DNA from: an uncultured Acidimicrobiales bacterium | GTDB taxonomy: Bacteria > Actinomycetota > Acidimicrobiia > Acidimicrobiales > DATKAS01 | NCBI GenBank assembly: GCA_963759645.1 | Contig: CAVXAI010000019.1 | Location: forward strand, 6,717 to 70,716 | Length of the DNA: 64,000 nucleotides | Reading direction: 5' to 3' | Part shown: piece by piece, positions 9,560-21,849 of the stretch | How positions within the stretch are numbered: position 1 is the stretch's first letter | How the letters are laid out: every line of letters starts with the position of its first letter | The notes under the pieces: model-generated | The model's database searches: none | The model's input: the letters and a program-made list of their open reading frames with translations, nothing else | What the model was told of the DNA's origin: nothing | Position numbers and translations under genes: made by a program

Positions 9560-10825
9560 GTCGGGCCACGGACCCCTCCGACAGCGGAGTTACCATCGTG
9601 TCCACGAGCGTGATGCAAGCTGTCGAGGTCGACGTCGACCTGTGGTCCGACGCGAACTTGCGCGATCCGTTCCCTCTCTACGCCGAGCTCCGAAGGTTGT
9701 CACCGGTCGTGCGCCTGGCGCGCCACGACGCCTACGCCGTGACCCGTTACGACGAGGTCCGCTCTCTGCTCCAGGACTGGGAGTCGTTCACGTCGGCGAG
9801 AGGCGTGGGCATGTCATCGCTCGCCAACGCTCGCGGTGGTCGAGGGGTGATCAGCTCGGACCCTCCGATCCACACCTCTCGACGGCGTGTCCTCAACGGT
9901 CAGCTCTTGCCAGCGGCGCTCAAGCCCCACGAGGAGTTCATCGAATCGCCGCGCCATCGAGTTCGCTAACCAGGCCGTCGAGAGTCGCGACTTGGAGGTC
10001 ATCGCCGACCTGGCGGTGCCGTTCAGCGTGTCGCTCGTGTGCGACCTGGTCGGACTGCCGGAAGACGGCCGCGAGCTGCTGCTGCCGTGGGCACGGTTGG
10101 GCTTCGACACTTGGGGGCCGCTCGGACCTCGCAGTGACGCGGCGGCCGCCGGATACGAGTGCCTGGTCAACTACTCGAACACGGTCTCGGTGCCCGACCA
10201 CCTCGAGCCCGGCCGCTGGGGCACCGGCATCTACGAAGCCGTCGACCGGGGTGAGATGGAACCGGAGGCGATCCACGGTGTCGTGTTCGCCTACCTCCAA
10301 GCCGGCATGGACACCACGGTCAACGCGATCGGCACCGCGCTCTACCTGTTCGCGGAGCACCCTGATCAGTGGGACCAAGTCCGCAGCGACCCCGAGCTCA
10401 TCCCTTCGGCGATCAACGAGGTGCTGCGCTATCACTCTCCCATTCAGCGCTACACACGTGTCGCCACCGACGACATCGAGCTGGGCGGCGTCAGCATCCC
10501 CTCGTACAGTCGCGTCGTCGCGCTGATCGGTGCGGGAAACCGCGACGAGCGACGGTTCGAAGACCCCGACCGCTTCGACGTGACGCGCAACCCGATCGAT
10601 CACCTGAGCTTCGGTCGCGGCATCCACCACTGCGCCGGAGCTGGGCTCGCCCGGCTCGAGCTGAGTGCGCTGCTCACGAGATTCGCCCAGCGGGTGAAGC
10701 GCTTCGAGCTCCGAGACCACGAATGGGAGATCAACTCCACCGTTCAGGGTCTCTCCTACCTCGATCTCACTTTGCATGCCACCTCATCTGCCGGGGGCAC
10801 GCGCGCCACGCAGTTTTGCCGCTGA
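9538..10825 (+). CDS. Cytochrome P450, CYP199-like (frameshift near 9946; true start may be 9598 or 9613)
   Basis: SDPPIH, I-helix AGMDTT, K-helix EVLR, heme motif FGRGIHHCAG. Confidence 0.92.
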
Positions 10826-10938
10826 TGGGTGGGTTGCAGTCGCTCCTGGTGACCGACATCGTGGGGTCGACACGCCTCTGGGCTGAGCGGGCGCGGACCC
10901 GACGTGCGTCATCGCTCTGGACGCTCTCGAGCGAGTGA
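10825..10938 (+). pseudogene. Remnant of class III adenylate/guanylate cyclase N-terminus
   Basis: ATG overlaps P450 stop (TGATG); MGGLQSLLVTDIVGSTRLWAE matches the TDIxGSTxLW cyclase motif, then stops after 37 aa. Confidence 0.55.
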
Positions 10939-10971
10939 TCGCAACAAGCTCCTGATCGGCCCCGCTCGCGC

Positions 10972-12798
<1,827 letters not shown>

Positions 12799-12827
<29 letters not shown>

Positions 12828-13246
12828 ACCGAGGCGCCTCCGTCGTGCTGCGCCGACCGGAGATGAGATCGATCGAGATGGCGAGCACTGCCTCGTGTCC
12901 GGGAGGTGCCCACACGGCAGTTCCGTCGCCGTCTGTCGCTCCGAACACAGTCAGGTCGTCGAGCTCGGTGGCCACGCCGGTCACGGCGACGCTCCAGCCC
13001 CGCTGACCCATCGGATCGAGCTCGTCGGCCTCGAAGGCAACGACAGCGTCCTTCAGGGCCGCGTCGAGCCGGCTGCCTCGAGCGGTGTGGACCAAGATTC
13101 GGTTGCGGTCGAGGTGAAAGTTGACGGGCAGCACCGAGGGCAGGGCGCCGCGAAGTGAACCCGATGCGGCCGAGCGTCGCGGAGGCCAAGAGACGCAGGC
13201 ACTCCTCACGGTCGAGAACCTCGAGCCCATTGCGGTCGAGCTGCAC
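12799..13246 (-). CDS. Pyridoxamine 5'-phosphate oxidase-like flavin-binding protein (frameshift near 13155)
   Basis: LEVLDREECLRLLASATLGRIG joined to LPVNF...VAFEADE...GWSV. Confidence 0.85.
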
Positions 13247-13251
13247 GGGCG

Positions 13252-13810
13252 TCAGACCCCGCGGTGACGCGCGGCCATCTCGAGCCGAAGGTCGACAATG
13301 ACGCGGACGACATCGGACCGCATCTCCGACTTGACCAGTAGCCCCGAGTCGCGAAAGACCCCACGCATCCGATGGTTCTCACTCGAGCGTGTCCGCGAGA
13401 AACCGTGTGATGCCCTCCGCTCTCGCTCGATGGACGAGCTGCTCGAGAAGCTGGGTGCCGGCGCCATTGCCCTGCCAATCGTCGGCGACGACGAACGCGA
13501 CCTCTGCGTCGCTCGTGCCGGGCAAGCGGTCGAACCGGCCGACGCCGATGATGTCGCCACCGTCGACAGCCACCATCGCCTCACGGTCGTGATGGTCGAC
13601 GTGAGTGAAGTACTCGACCTCTGACGGCTCCAGGTGTGGGTGCAACACGAAGAACCGCAGTCGAGTGGTCTCGTTCGTGAGTCCCTCGTGGAAGCGAACG
13701 AGCGCATCACCGTCCGAAGGCGAGATCGGACGGATGCCTACGGTCCTGCCGTCGTGTAGCGCCGTGGTCTCCGAGTCGACATCCACTCGTCCATTCGAAC
13801 CCGAGATCAC
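13252..13810 (-). CDS. GNAT family N-acetyltransferase (frameshift near 13381)
   Basis: RLRFF...VDHHDREA...AEVAFVVADDWQGNGAG, then ENHRMRGVFRDSG in shifted frame. Confidence 0.85.
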
Positions 13811-13820
13811 CCGAACGAAC

Positions 13821-13866
13821 AGGGCCGAACGGCACGTTCTCGTGATCGTAGGTGACGTTCGCCTCT
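13821..13866. promoter_or_regulatory. Two candidate DosR/OsdR binding boxes
   Basis: AGGGCCGAACGGCACG (13821-13836) and AGGTGACGTTCGCCTCT (13850-13866) resemble the GGG(A/C)C-N4-G(T/G)CCC palindrome; lie between divergent GNAT and ADH genes near the regulator. Confidence 0.55.
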
Positions 13867-13925
13867 ACAAGGTCGCTCCTGACAGCGCTCATGGTGAGGT
13901 TCGCGACGACCAGGAGGTCCGCTTC

Positions 13926-14969
13926 ATGAAAGCGCTCGTGTATCACGGTCCCGGCCAGAAGGCCTGGGAGGATGTCCCGAAGCCGACGATCTTGGTCGAC
14001 ACCGACGCGATCGTCCGCGTCGATGCTGTCACCATCTGCGGCACCGATCTGCACATCCTCAAGGGTGACGTTCCGGCGGTAGACGAAGGCCGAATCCTCG
14101 GCCACGAAGCAGTCGGAACGGTCGAGGCAGTCGGTGTGGGAGTCAAGACGGTCAAGGTCGGCGACCGCGTGCTCGTGTCGTGCATCACCGCATGCGGCAC
14201 GTGTCGCTTCTGTCGCGAAGCCCGGTACGGCCAGTGTCTCGGCGGCGGCGGTTGGATCTTGGGCCACAAGATCGACGGCACCCAGGCCGAGTACGTGCGC
14301 GTTCCGTTCGCCGACACCTCCACCTATCCGGTGCCCGCCGGCGTCGAGGACGAGCAGATCCTCATGCTGGCCGACATCGTCCCCACCGGTTACGAGGTCG
14401 GCGTGCTCAACGGAGTGGTCCGGCCCGGCGATGTCGTGGCGGTCGTGGGCGCCGGTCCGGTCGGGCTCGCCGCGATCATGGGCGCACGGCTCTTCAGCCC
14501 GAGCCACATCGTGGCCATCGACCTGAGCGACAGCCGTTTGGAAGCGGCCAAGCAGTTCGGCGCCGACATCACCATCAACAACTCGCGCGAGGACGCCGAC
14601 GCGATCATCGCCGAGCTCACCGGCGGCCTCGGGGCCGACGTGTCGATCGAGGCCGTCGGCGTGCCGGCAGCCTTCGATCAGGCAGTCCGTCTGGCCCGTC
14701 CCGGAGGTCATGTCGCGAATATCGGGGTTCACGGCGAGCCCGTGACATTGCATCTCGAAGACCTCTGGATCCGTGATCTCACGATCACGACAGGGCTCGT
14801 CGACACCTCCACAACCCCGACACTGCTGCGCCTCCTCATCAGCCACCAGCTCGAGGCCAATCGGTTCGTGACCCATCACTTCACCCTCGACCAGTTCGAG
14901 CAGGCGTACGACGTCTTCGCGAACGCCGCGGAGACCGGAGCACTGAAAGTCGTTCTGACCCGGACCTAG
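13926..14969 (+). CDS. Zinc-dependent alcohol dehydrogenase (MDR family)
   Basis: ICGTDLH, GHEAVG, CGTCRFC...C, GAGPVG; AGGAGG RBS. Confidence 0.95.
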   Translation: MKALVYHGPGQKAWEDVPKPTILVDTDAIVRVDAVTICGTDLHILKGDVPAVDEGRILGHEAVGTVEAVGVGVKTVKVGDRVLVSCITACGTCRFCREARYGQCLGGGGWILGHKIDGTQAEYVRVPFADTSTYPVPAGVEDEQILMLADIVPTGYEVGVLNGVVRPGDVVAVVGAGPVGLAAIMGARLFSPSHIVAIDLSDSRLEAAKQFGADITINNSREDADAIIAELTGGLGADVSIEAVGVPAAFDQAVRLARPGGHVANIGVHGEPVTLHLEDLWIRDLTITTGLVDTSTTPTLLRLLISHQLEANRFVTHHFTLDQFEQAYDVFANAAETGALKVVLTRT

Positions 14970-15011
14970 GGGTCCCGTTACACCGATCACCAACTTTGAA
15001 GGAGAAGAAAG

Positions 15012-15668
15012 ATGAAACGCAGAACCCTCGATGTGCTCTTCAGCGTGGGTGGGCTCGCACTTGCGGCGCTCCTGCTCGTGCTCGGGCTCGTCATGACGAG
15101 CAACGCGAACTTCGCGAAGAGCTACGTCAAAGACCAGCTGACCCAACAGAAGATCAGCTTCAAGACGGCCGACACCCTCACGCCTGAGGAGGCCCAGTCT
15201 GCGTGTCTCGTCAAGTACGCGGGGCAGCCCCTCACGACTGGCAAGCAAGCCGAGTGCTACGCCAACGACTTCATCGGTCTGCACCTCCAGTCCACTGCCG
15301 ACGGGCTGACCTATGCGGAGCTCGGCGAACCTCAGGCTGCGCTGCGGACCCAGGTCGCTGATGCCCAGGACGCCAACGATCCCGCGCTGGCGGACTTGCA
15401 GGAGGAGCTCACCGCCATCACGGCACAGCGTGACACCCTCTTCAGGGGCGAGACCCTCCGTGGTCTGCTGCTGACCTCCTTCGGCTTCAGTGTCTTCGGT
15501 GTCAAGGGTGAGCAGGTCGCAACCGTGGCCTTCGTGGTCGCCGGTCTGCTCGCACTCTTGTCCATCGCCGGCTTGGTCCATGCCCTCCGAACTCCGAAGG
15601 ACGAGACGTTCGCGGCGCCGGAGCACAGGGACAGCAAGAAGGACGACACAGAGCTCATCAGCGTGTGA
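15012..15668 (+). CDS. Conserved membrane-anchored hypothetical protein
   Basis: AAGGAG RBS; N- and C-terminal TM helices; TLFRGETLRGLLL; two extracytoplasmic Cys. Confidence 0.8.
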   Translation: MKRRTLDVLFSVGGLALAALLLVLGLVMTSNANFAKSYVKDQLTQQKISFKTADTLTPEEAQSACLVKYAGQPLTTGKQAECYANDFIGLHLQSTADGLTYAELGEPQAALRTQVADAQDANDPALADLQEELTAITAQRDTLFRGETLRGLLLTSFGFSVFGVKGEQVATVAFVVAGLLALLSIAGLVHALRTPKDETFAAPEHRDSKKDDTELISV

Positions 15669-15701
15669 GCCAGATCGGCTCTCGGCAGAGCCTCGAGACG
15701 A

Positions 15702-15735
15702 GAAGGGCGGAGGACCATACGGGTCCTCCGCCTTC
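15702..15735 (+). terminator. Intrinsic terminator-like hairpin
   Basis: GGCGGAGGACC-atacg-GGTCCTCCGCC 11-bp stem after the ADH/membrane protein operon; no strong U tract. Confidence 0.65.
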
Positions 15736-15797
15736 CACTCCGTCGAACGCCGATTCATTCAAGACGAGATGTCCGCCGGTAGTCCAGACTCAGTGAC

Positions 15798-16216
15798 ATG
15801 AGCACCCACACGACCGATCCGTTCAGCCTGACCGACTGTTCGTGCGCCTACGGTCAGATGGCGGTATGGACCTCGAGCCCCTCACGCCCTCGTTCTGGAG
15901 CGGTGACCACGCGAGGCCAGGGGACAGGGTCGTGACCGTGTTCGAGTTCACCTCGTCGGACGACCTGCACTCTGACGTGCTCGAAGTGCACCCCGATGGC
16001 GACGAGCTCATCGTGGTGCTTGCGGGGGCGATCGACCTCATCAGCGAGGCGAACGGCGACGAGGTCGTCGTAGGCCTCGACGCCGGCCAGGCGGCGGTTG
16101 TGCGCCGCGGCAACTGGCACCGGCTCTCGATGCGTTCACCCGGCCGCCTGTTGTCCATCAACGTGCGATCCGGAATGCAGAGCAGGCATCGCGACGAGAC
16201 GTTGGCCGCGTCATGA
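15798..16216 (+). CDS. Cupin domain protein (probable frameshift near 15838; alternative start 15842)
   Basis: EVHPDGDELIVVLAG and VVRRGNWHR cupin motifs. Confidence 0.8.
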
Positions 16217-16653
16217 CGATCGACTTCGACCAGATCGACATCGTCGTGGCGGACATGGACGCCACCCTCGCCTTCTACCGGGCACTCGGCCTCGAGATCC
16301 CCGACGAGGCCATATGGCGGACCTCGACCGGCATCCACCACATCGACATCACGATGCCGAGCGGGCTCATCGTCCACTTCGACAGCCCTCAGCTCGCCGT
16401 CGTCTACAACCGGGGGTGGAGCGCCCCAACGGGCACTGGCACCCGCAACGTGTTCAGCTTCAAGGTCGCCGAACGAGACGATGTCGACGCGCTCCATCGG
16501 CAGCTCGCCGACTTGGGCTACATGTGCACCCAGGAGCCATTCGATGCGTTCTGGGGTTCCCGGTACGCCATCTTCGCGGACCCCGACGGCAACCACGTCG
16601 GAATCATGAGCCCGTCAGATCCCGCCCACCGGACGGCGGGTCCCGACCTGTGA
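16213..16653 (+). CDS. VOC/glyoxalase family protein
   Basis: IVVADMDATLAFYRALG...PFDAFWGSRYAIFADPDGN; ATGA coupling. Confidence 0.92.
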   Translation: MTIDFDQIDIVVADMDATLAFYRALGLEIPDEAIWRTSTGIHHIDITMPSGLIVHFDSPQLAVVYNRGWSAPTGTGTRNVFSFKVAERDDVDALHRQLADLGYMCTQEPFDAFWGSRYAIFADPDGNHVGIMSPSDPAHRTAGPDL

Positions 16654-16663
16654 CGTCAGGCGG

Positions 16664-18128
16664 CTAGTCCGCGTGATCCGCGATGGCGGCGCCATGCGGC
16701 GGAAGATGAGGGCATGAAACGGCAGCACCGCGTACCAGTAGATGCGTCCGAACAAACCCTTCGGAGCGAAGTACGCCACCTGGTGCAGTTGCAGCTTGCC
16801 CGGCGCGTCGCCTTCGATGCGCCACGTCAGCCATGCCCTGCCCGGCAACTTCATCTCGGCTTCGAGAACCACCTGAAGACCCGGCTCCGACGTCGACGAC
16901 GCGCCAGAAGTCGAGTGCATCACCCCGCCGTAAGTCGACTGGATGGCGCCTGCCGCGTCGTAGCCCAGGTCCGCCTATGAGCTTGTCGACGAGCCCCCGA
17001 AGTGACCAGGCCCAGTTCGAGGCGTAGTAGCCGTTCTGCCCGCCGATGCGGGCGAACGCGCCGTAGAGCGCCTCTCGTGTCGTGTCACTGTCGACCGTCT
17101 GATGGTCCTCGAGTACCGAACCTCCGGCCCAGTCGGGATCGCCGGGAATGGTGTCGGCCGACGTGAAGCCGGAGTCCGTCCACCGCGTATCGATCGCCTC
17201 GGCGCGGGTGAGTCGCAGGGCGAGCTCGAGCGACTCGCGGAAGCCGAGCGGCCGATGGGGTACGAGCGTGTCGATCTGATGGTCGGTCATCACCACTTCG
17301 TGCCGCAGCGAATCGATCAGAGGGACGGCGATCGAGGCGGGGAGCGGGGTGACCAAGCCGACCCACCGCGACGAGAGCCTTGGGCTGAGAAGGGGCACAG
17401 GCAGAATGAGCCGACGGGGCAGTCCCGCGACCTCGGCGTAGGTCTGCATCATCTCGACGTAGGTGAGCACGTCGGGACCGCCGATCTCTAGCACGCGGTC
17501 GACGGTCTCTTGATCATCGAGCACCGCGGCGAGGTAGTACAGGACGTCGCGAATCGCGATCGGCTGACACCGCGTTCGTACCCAGCGGGGTGTGACCATT
17601 GCCGGAAGCACCTCGGTGAGATAGCGCAGCATCTCGAACGAGATCGATCCGGAGCCAATGATCACAGCCGCTCTCAGCTCGGTGGTCGCTGTGTGGCCTG
17701 AGGCGAGGATCTCGCCGACACTGTGCCGGCTCGCCAAGTGCGCCGAGAGCGCGTCGCCGATGTCCCATGCCACCGAGGTACACGATCCGGCGCAACCGGG
17801 CGGCGTCGGCCGCATCGCGCACATTCCGGGCGGCGGTGGCTTCGGTCGCGGCGAAATCGACGCCGGTCCCGATGGAATGGACGAGGTAGTACACGGCGTC
17901 GCACCCCTCGAGTGCGGGTGCGAGCGTGGCGGCATCAAGCACGTCTCCGGTGAAGAGCCGCACGCGGCCTGCCCACTCGAATCGTTCGGCGCGCGATGGG
18001 GATCGGCTCAACACCCGGACTCGGTACCCAGCGTCCAACAGCTTGGACACGAGGCGACCGCCGACGTATCCAGTGGCGCCGAGTACGAGGACCTCGCGCG
18101 TTCGTGCGCCCGTTCCTTCCGCGTTCAC
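16664..18128 (-). CDS. Atypical SDR/NAD(P)-binding protein with DUF2867 (YbjT-like); about 3 frameshifts
   Basis: VLGATGYVGG, YYLVHS, GSGSISFEMLRYL, GDALDFWRV, AEMKLPGRAWL, YWYAVLPFH spread over three frames. Confidence 0.88.
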
Positions 18129-19030
18129 CGCCCGGAGCTTTCGTTCTGTGCGGCGGTGACCGGGTCGCCGACCAGGACACGTGCGCCGACGCCATCGGCG
18201 AGTGGTTTCGTCGCCCCCGAGCCGGCGACTGCGAGCGGCACGACTCGCGCCAGTCGTGCGAGCTCGCCGCGGATCGCGTCGAAGCCTTCAGTTGTGGTGG
18301 CGGCGACCACGACCAGTTCGGGGTGTGACCGGCCAACCGCACGCACCAGTTCCGGGACGGGGGTGTTCGCGCCGAGGTACTCGACCCGCCATCCGTTGCG
18401 GTTGAGGACGATCCCGAACATCATCAACGAGAGGTCGTGCAGCTCTCCCGGCGGGCAGGCGAGGAGCGCCAGCGGGCCGCGTGCACTGCCCCAACCTCGG
18501 GCCAGGCCGGCCAGTCGGCCTCGGATCACGTTGGAGGCGAAGTGCTCCTGGGCGATGGTGACATCACCCTCGTTGCCATCGCTCGCCCAACTCATGAAGG
18601 TAGGGAAGCACGACGTGCCGGAGCGTCGTTGCGACGCTGAAGTCCGACAGCAGCCGGTCGAGCACGGCCTGCGCCGCGGGTTCGTCGAAGTCGTCGAGCG
18701 CACGTTGCCAGGCGATCGACAGCTCGCGTAGGTCGGTCGAGTCGGTGACTTCCGACCCTCCCGCCGCGACATCCGCCGGGGGCGGCGCTAGCGCTTCGGC
18801 GATCGCAGCCCGCGCTGCCTCGGCTGCCGACAGGCCCTCCGCGAGGTGGAACTGCATTCGTCGGACCCGGCGTTCGTCGCCGTCGGAGTAGAGGCGGAAT
18901 CCCCCCGAGGATCGGACCGGGGTCAGCAGCCCATACCGGCTTTCCCAGCGCGCAGCACATGGCTGCTGACGCCGACGCGTCGGCTCAGCTCGCCGATTCG
19001 CAGCAGGTTCGGCCCGTCCGACGACTCCAT
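18125..19030 (-). CDS. MerR-family cobalamin-binding regulator, CarH/LitR-like (2 frameshifts)
   Basis: LRIGELSRRVGVS MerR HTH; LGERW...IAQEHFAS (W-x9-EH type); PPGELHDL...YLGANTP B12-binding domain. Confidence 0.88.
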
Positions 19031-19089
19031 CCGCATCATTCTACTGAACTTATACAAACCTTGTTGCAAATAGCAGAACAAGGCCTCTA

Positions 19090-19111
19090 ACATTTGACAG
19101 ACATTAGACAA
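19090..19111. promoter_or_regulatory. Tandem 11-bp direct repeats, candidate CarH-type operator
   Basis: ACATTTGACAG / ACATTAGACAA, TnnACA cores 11 bp apart, in AT-rich gap upstream of the fasciclin gene. Confidence 0.6.
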
Positions 19112-19133
19112 TCTACCGAAGGAGTCTCACCAC

Positions 19134-19731
19134 ATGACCACCAGATACCTCCGACTTGCGGCGGGTTTCGCTCTCACACTCGGCCTGCTCGCCAGCGCAT
19201 GCAGCGACGATGCGAGCAACACGGCCGACTCGTCAGCGGAGCAGAGCACCGTGCTTGCGCCCGCAGGCACGACCGCGGCCGATGCGGCGATGGCGACACA
19301 GAACGACATCGTCGACACTGCGATCGCCGCCGGCGACTTCACCACTTTGGTCGCCGCCGTGCGAGCCGCAGGGCTCGAAGACACGCTTGCGCGGCGAAGG
19401 ACCCTTCACCGTGTTCGCTCCCACCGACGATGCCTTCGCAGCATTGCCGCCGGGCACCGTCGAGACTCTGCTCGAAGACCCGACCGGTGACCTGGCCACG
19501 ATCCTCACCTACCACGTGGTGCCCGGTGCCGTGCCGGCCGCTGACGTCGTCGGATTGAACGGCCAGGACGTCGCCACGGTCGAGGGTGACTCGTTCAGGG
19601 TCAACGTCGGAGGCGATGGCTCCGTGACCCTGACCGATGCCGCCGGCCACGATGTCGCGGTCGTGACTACCGACATTGAAACCAGCAACGGGATCATCCA
19701 CGTCATCGATGGCGTCCTGCTGCCGGGCTGA
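19134..19731 (+). CDS. Fasciclin (FAS1) domain lipoprotein, MPT83-like (frameshift near 19390)
   Basis: Lipobox [14 protein letters not shown]...[13 protein letters not shown]...ILTYHVV...[13 protein letters not shown]. Confidence 0.92.
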
Positions 19732-19922
19732 TCGCTCGGCTCGTTGTCCCGGTGCGAGGGTCGCTCGCGGGCTTCCGCGCCGGGCGGAGCGGATAGTCGG
19801 CTCTGGCAGGAGACGGCGGAGGGCGATCTCTCACTCAGCCGAAACCGTCCGGCTCGACCTTCATGTCGAGGTTGACCCGACAAGTCGAGTCGCTGAGGAT
19901 CAGCGGCGTGCGCAGGGAGTAG

Positions 19923-20348
19923 GTGGGTACCCTCGCGGCGGTGGGCGAGGTCATGGGCCGGCTGCTCGCAGCGATGAACGCACATGACGTCGACGCGTTC
20001 GTCGCCTGCTTTGCTCCGGACTACCGCAGCGAGCAGCCCGCACACCCCAGCCGAGCCTTCGGCGGCAGCGCGCAGGTGCGCGACAACTGGACGAGCGTGT
20101 TTGCTGGTGTGCCCGACTTCCACGCCGACCTGCTCGTGGCGGTGACTACCGACGACGGCATCGAGATCGGGGAGTGGCGATGGCGCGGCTCCCACACCGA
20201 CCGCACGCCGTTCGCGATGGACGGCGTCATTGTCCTCGGGATCGAGGCCTCGCAGATCGCGTGGGGCCGTCTCTACATGGAGCCGGTCGAACAGGACGGC
20301 TCCGACATCGAGCAGATGGTGCGGGACACCTACCGCCCGAGCACCTAG
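19923..20348 (+). CDS. SnoaL-like/NTF2 family protein
   Basis: AMNAHDVDAFVACFAPDYRSEQPAHP...GRLYMEPV. Confidence 0.88.
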   Translation: MGTLAAVGEVMGRLLAAMNAHDVDAFVACFAPDYRSEQPAHPSRAFGGSAQVRDNWTSVFAGVPDFHADLLVAVTTDDGIEIGEWRWRGSHTDRTPFAMDGVIVLGIEASQIAWGRLYMEPVEQDGSDIEQMVRDTYRPST

Positions 20349-20397
20349 GCGCCCGTCGGGGAAATCGTCGGGAGAGTGCGGCTGCCAGGATGAGTTG

Positions 20398-21792
20398 GTG
20401 AGCTCCTCGGGTCCCGGGTTCGAGATCGAGCGGCAACGGCATCTTCAGGGTTACGCGGCGCGCCTTCAGGAGGAGGCTGAGCGGTTGACGTGGCCGCTCG
20501 AGAAGCTCCACCGCGTGCGCGACGACCGCCTGCGGACCCTTCTTCGGACGGCGAAAGAGCGGTCCCGGTGGCACGCCCCGCGACTGGCTCACGTCGACCC
20601 AGACACGGTGACGGGAGACGACCTGTCGATGATCCCGGCGATGACGAAGGCCGACGTGATGGCGAACTGGAACGATCTCGTCACCGATCGCCGCCTCACC
20701 CTCGAGCGAGCCGAGGCACACCTGCTGAAGGTCGCGTCCGACGGTCCCGCCTACCTGCTCGGGGACTACCAGGTGCTCACCACGGGAGGGTCGAGCGGGA
20801 CGCGTGGCGTCTTCGCGTGGGACTTCGAAGGGCTTCTCATGTACGCCCTCGGTCGCGACCGAGGCACGTTTTGGCTCCAGGAGCGCGATGGACGCACAGA
20901 GAGTAGGAGGGCGTTCGTCGCCGCCTCCCACGCTACGCATGCGACGTCTGCGCTCGGTCGAACCTTCGCCGGCTCGCCACAGCTCGGCGCGACTCGTTCG
21001 TTCCCGGTCACACTGCCGCTCGAGCAGATCGTCGACGGTCTCAATGCGCTCGAGCCGACGGATCTCATGAGCTACACATCCATGCTGCGGCGCCTGGGCG
21101 AGGAGAAGCGCCGCGGAGGACTGCGGATCTCGCCCGCTTCGGTCGTGTGCGCCGGCGAGCCACTCACTGCCGACGCCCGCGCCGATATCGAGGATGCGTT
21201 CGGCTGTCCGCTCACCAACCTGTACGCGGCGACCGAAGTGGGCATCATCGCTCGCTCCTATCCCGGATCGCTCGGGCTCCACCTGAACGAGGACATCGCC
21301 GTCTACGAGCCCGTTGACGGGGGCAACCGCCCGGTTGGCCCCGGTACCCGGGCCAGCAAGCTGCTGGTCACCAACGTGATCAATCACGTGCTGCCGCTCA
21401 TCCGCTACGAGTGCACAGACGAGGTCACGGTGCTCGATGAGCCGAACCCCGGTCCGTGGACCGGACGTCGAATCGCCGACATCGAAGGCCGTAGCGACGA
21501 CGTCTTCGCATACGACCGTGTCGAGGTGCACCCGTACGTCTTCCGCTCGGCCATCGGTCGTCGCCGCGACGTCCTCGAGTATCAGGTGCGGCAGACCGCG
21601 ACAGGTGCCGACATCACGCTGCGGACGGCGTCCCCGATCGACACCGATGCGCTCACCCGCGAGCTCGTGGACGGTCTTGTTGCGCTCGGCCTCCACGCGC
21701 CGGACGTGCGAGTGTCCCTCGTTGAGGCCGTCCCCAGACCGGGCAACGCGGGGAAGGTACGGACATTCGTACCCCTTCCGAGCCGGTCATAA
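20398..21792 (+). CDS. Phenylacetate-CoA ligase-like (PaaK family) adenylating enzyme
   Basis: TTGGSSG P-loop, AGEPL, YAATE, LPLIRYE, IEGRSDD; start approximate. Confidence 0.82.
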   Translation: MSSSGPGFEIERQRHLQGYAARLQEEAERLTWPLEKLHRVRDDRLRTLLRTAKERSRWHAPRLAHVDPDTVTGDDLSMIPAMTKADVMANWNDLVTDRRLTLERAEAHLLKVASDGPAYLLGDYQVLTTGGSSGTRGVFAWDFEGLLMYALGRDRGTFWLQERDGRTESRRAFVAASHATHATSALGRTFAGSPQLGATRSFPVTLPLEQIVDGLNALEPTDLMSYTSMLRRLGEEKRRGGLRISPASVVCAGEPLTADARADIEDAFGCPLTNLYAATEVGIIARSYPGSLGLHLNEDIAVYEPVDGGNRPVGPGTRASKLLVTNVINHVLPLIRYECTDEVTVLDEPNPGPWTGRRIADIEGRSDDVFAYDRVEVHPYVFRSAIGRRRDVLEYQVRQTATGADITLRTASPIDTDALTRELVDGLVALGLHAPDVRVSLVEAVPRPGNAGKVRTFVPLPSRS

Positions 21793-21849
21793 GGGGATTC
21801 CGACGCGGGGTGGCTAGCGTGCCGCGGATCCCGGACGGAGGTCCAACTC

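Noticed and set aside
13707..15758. Long antisense ORFs (also 4410..5822, 29259..31067, 32679..34037, 36836..38386)
   Set aside because: Shadow ORFs opposite well-supported genes, expected in high-GC DNA
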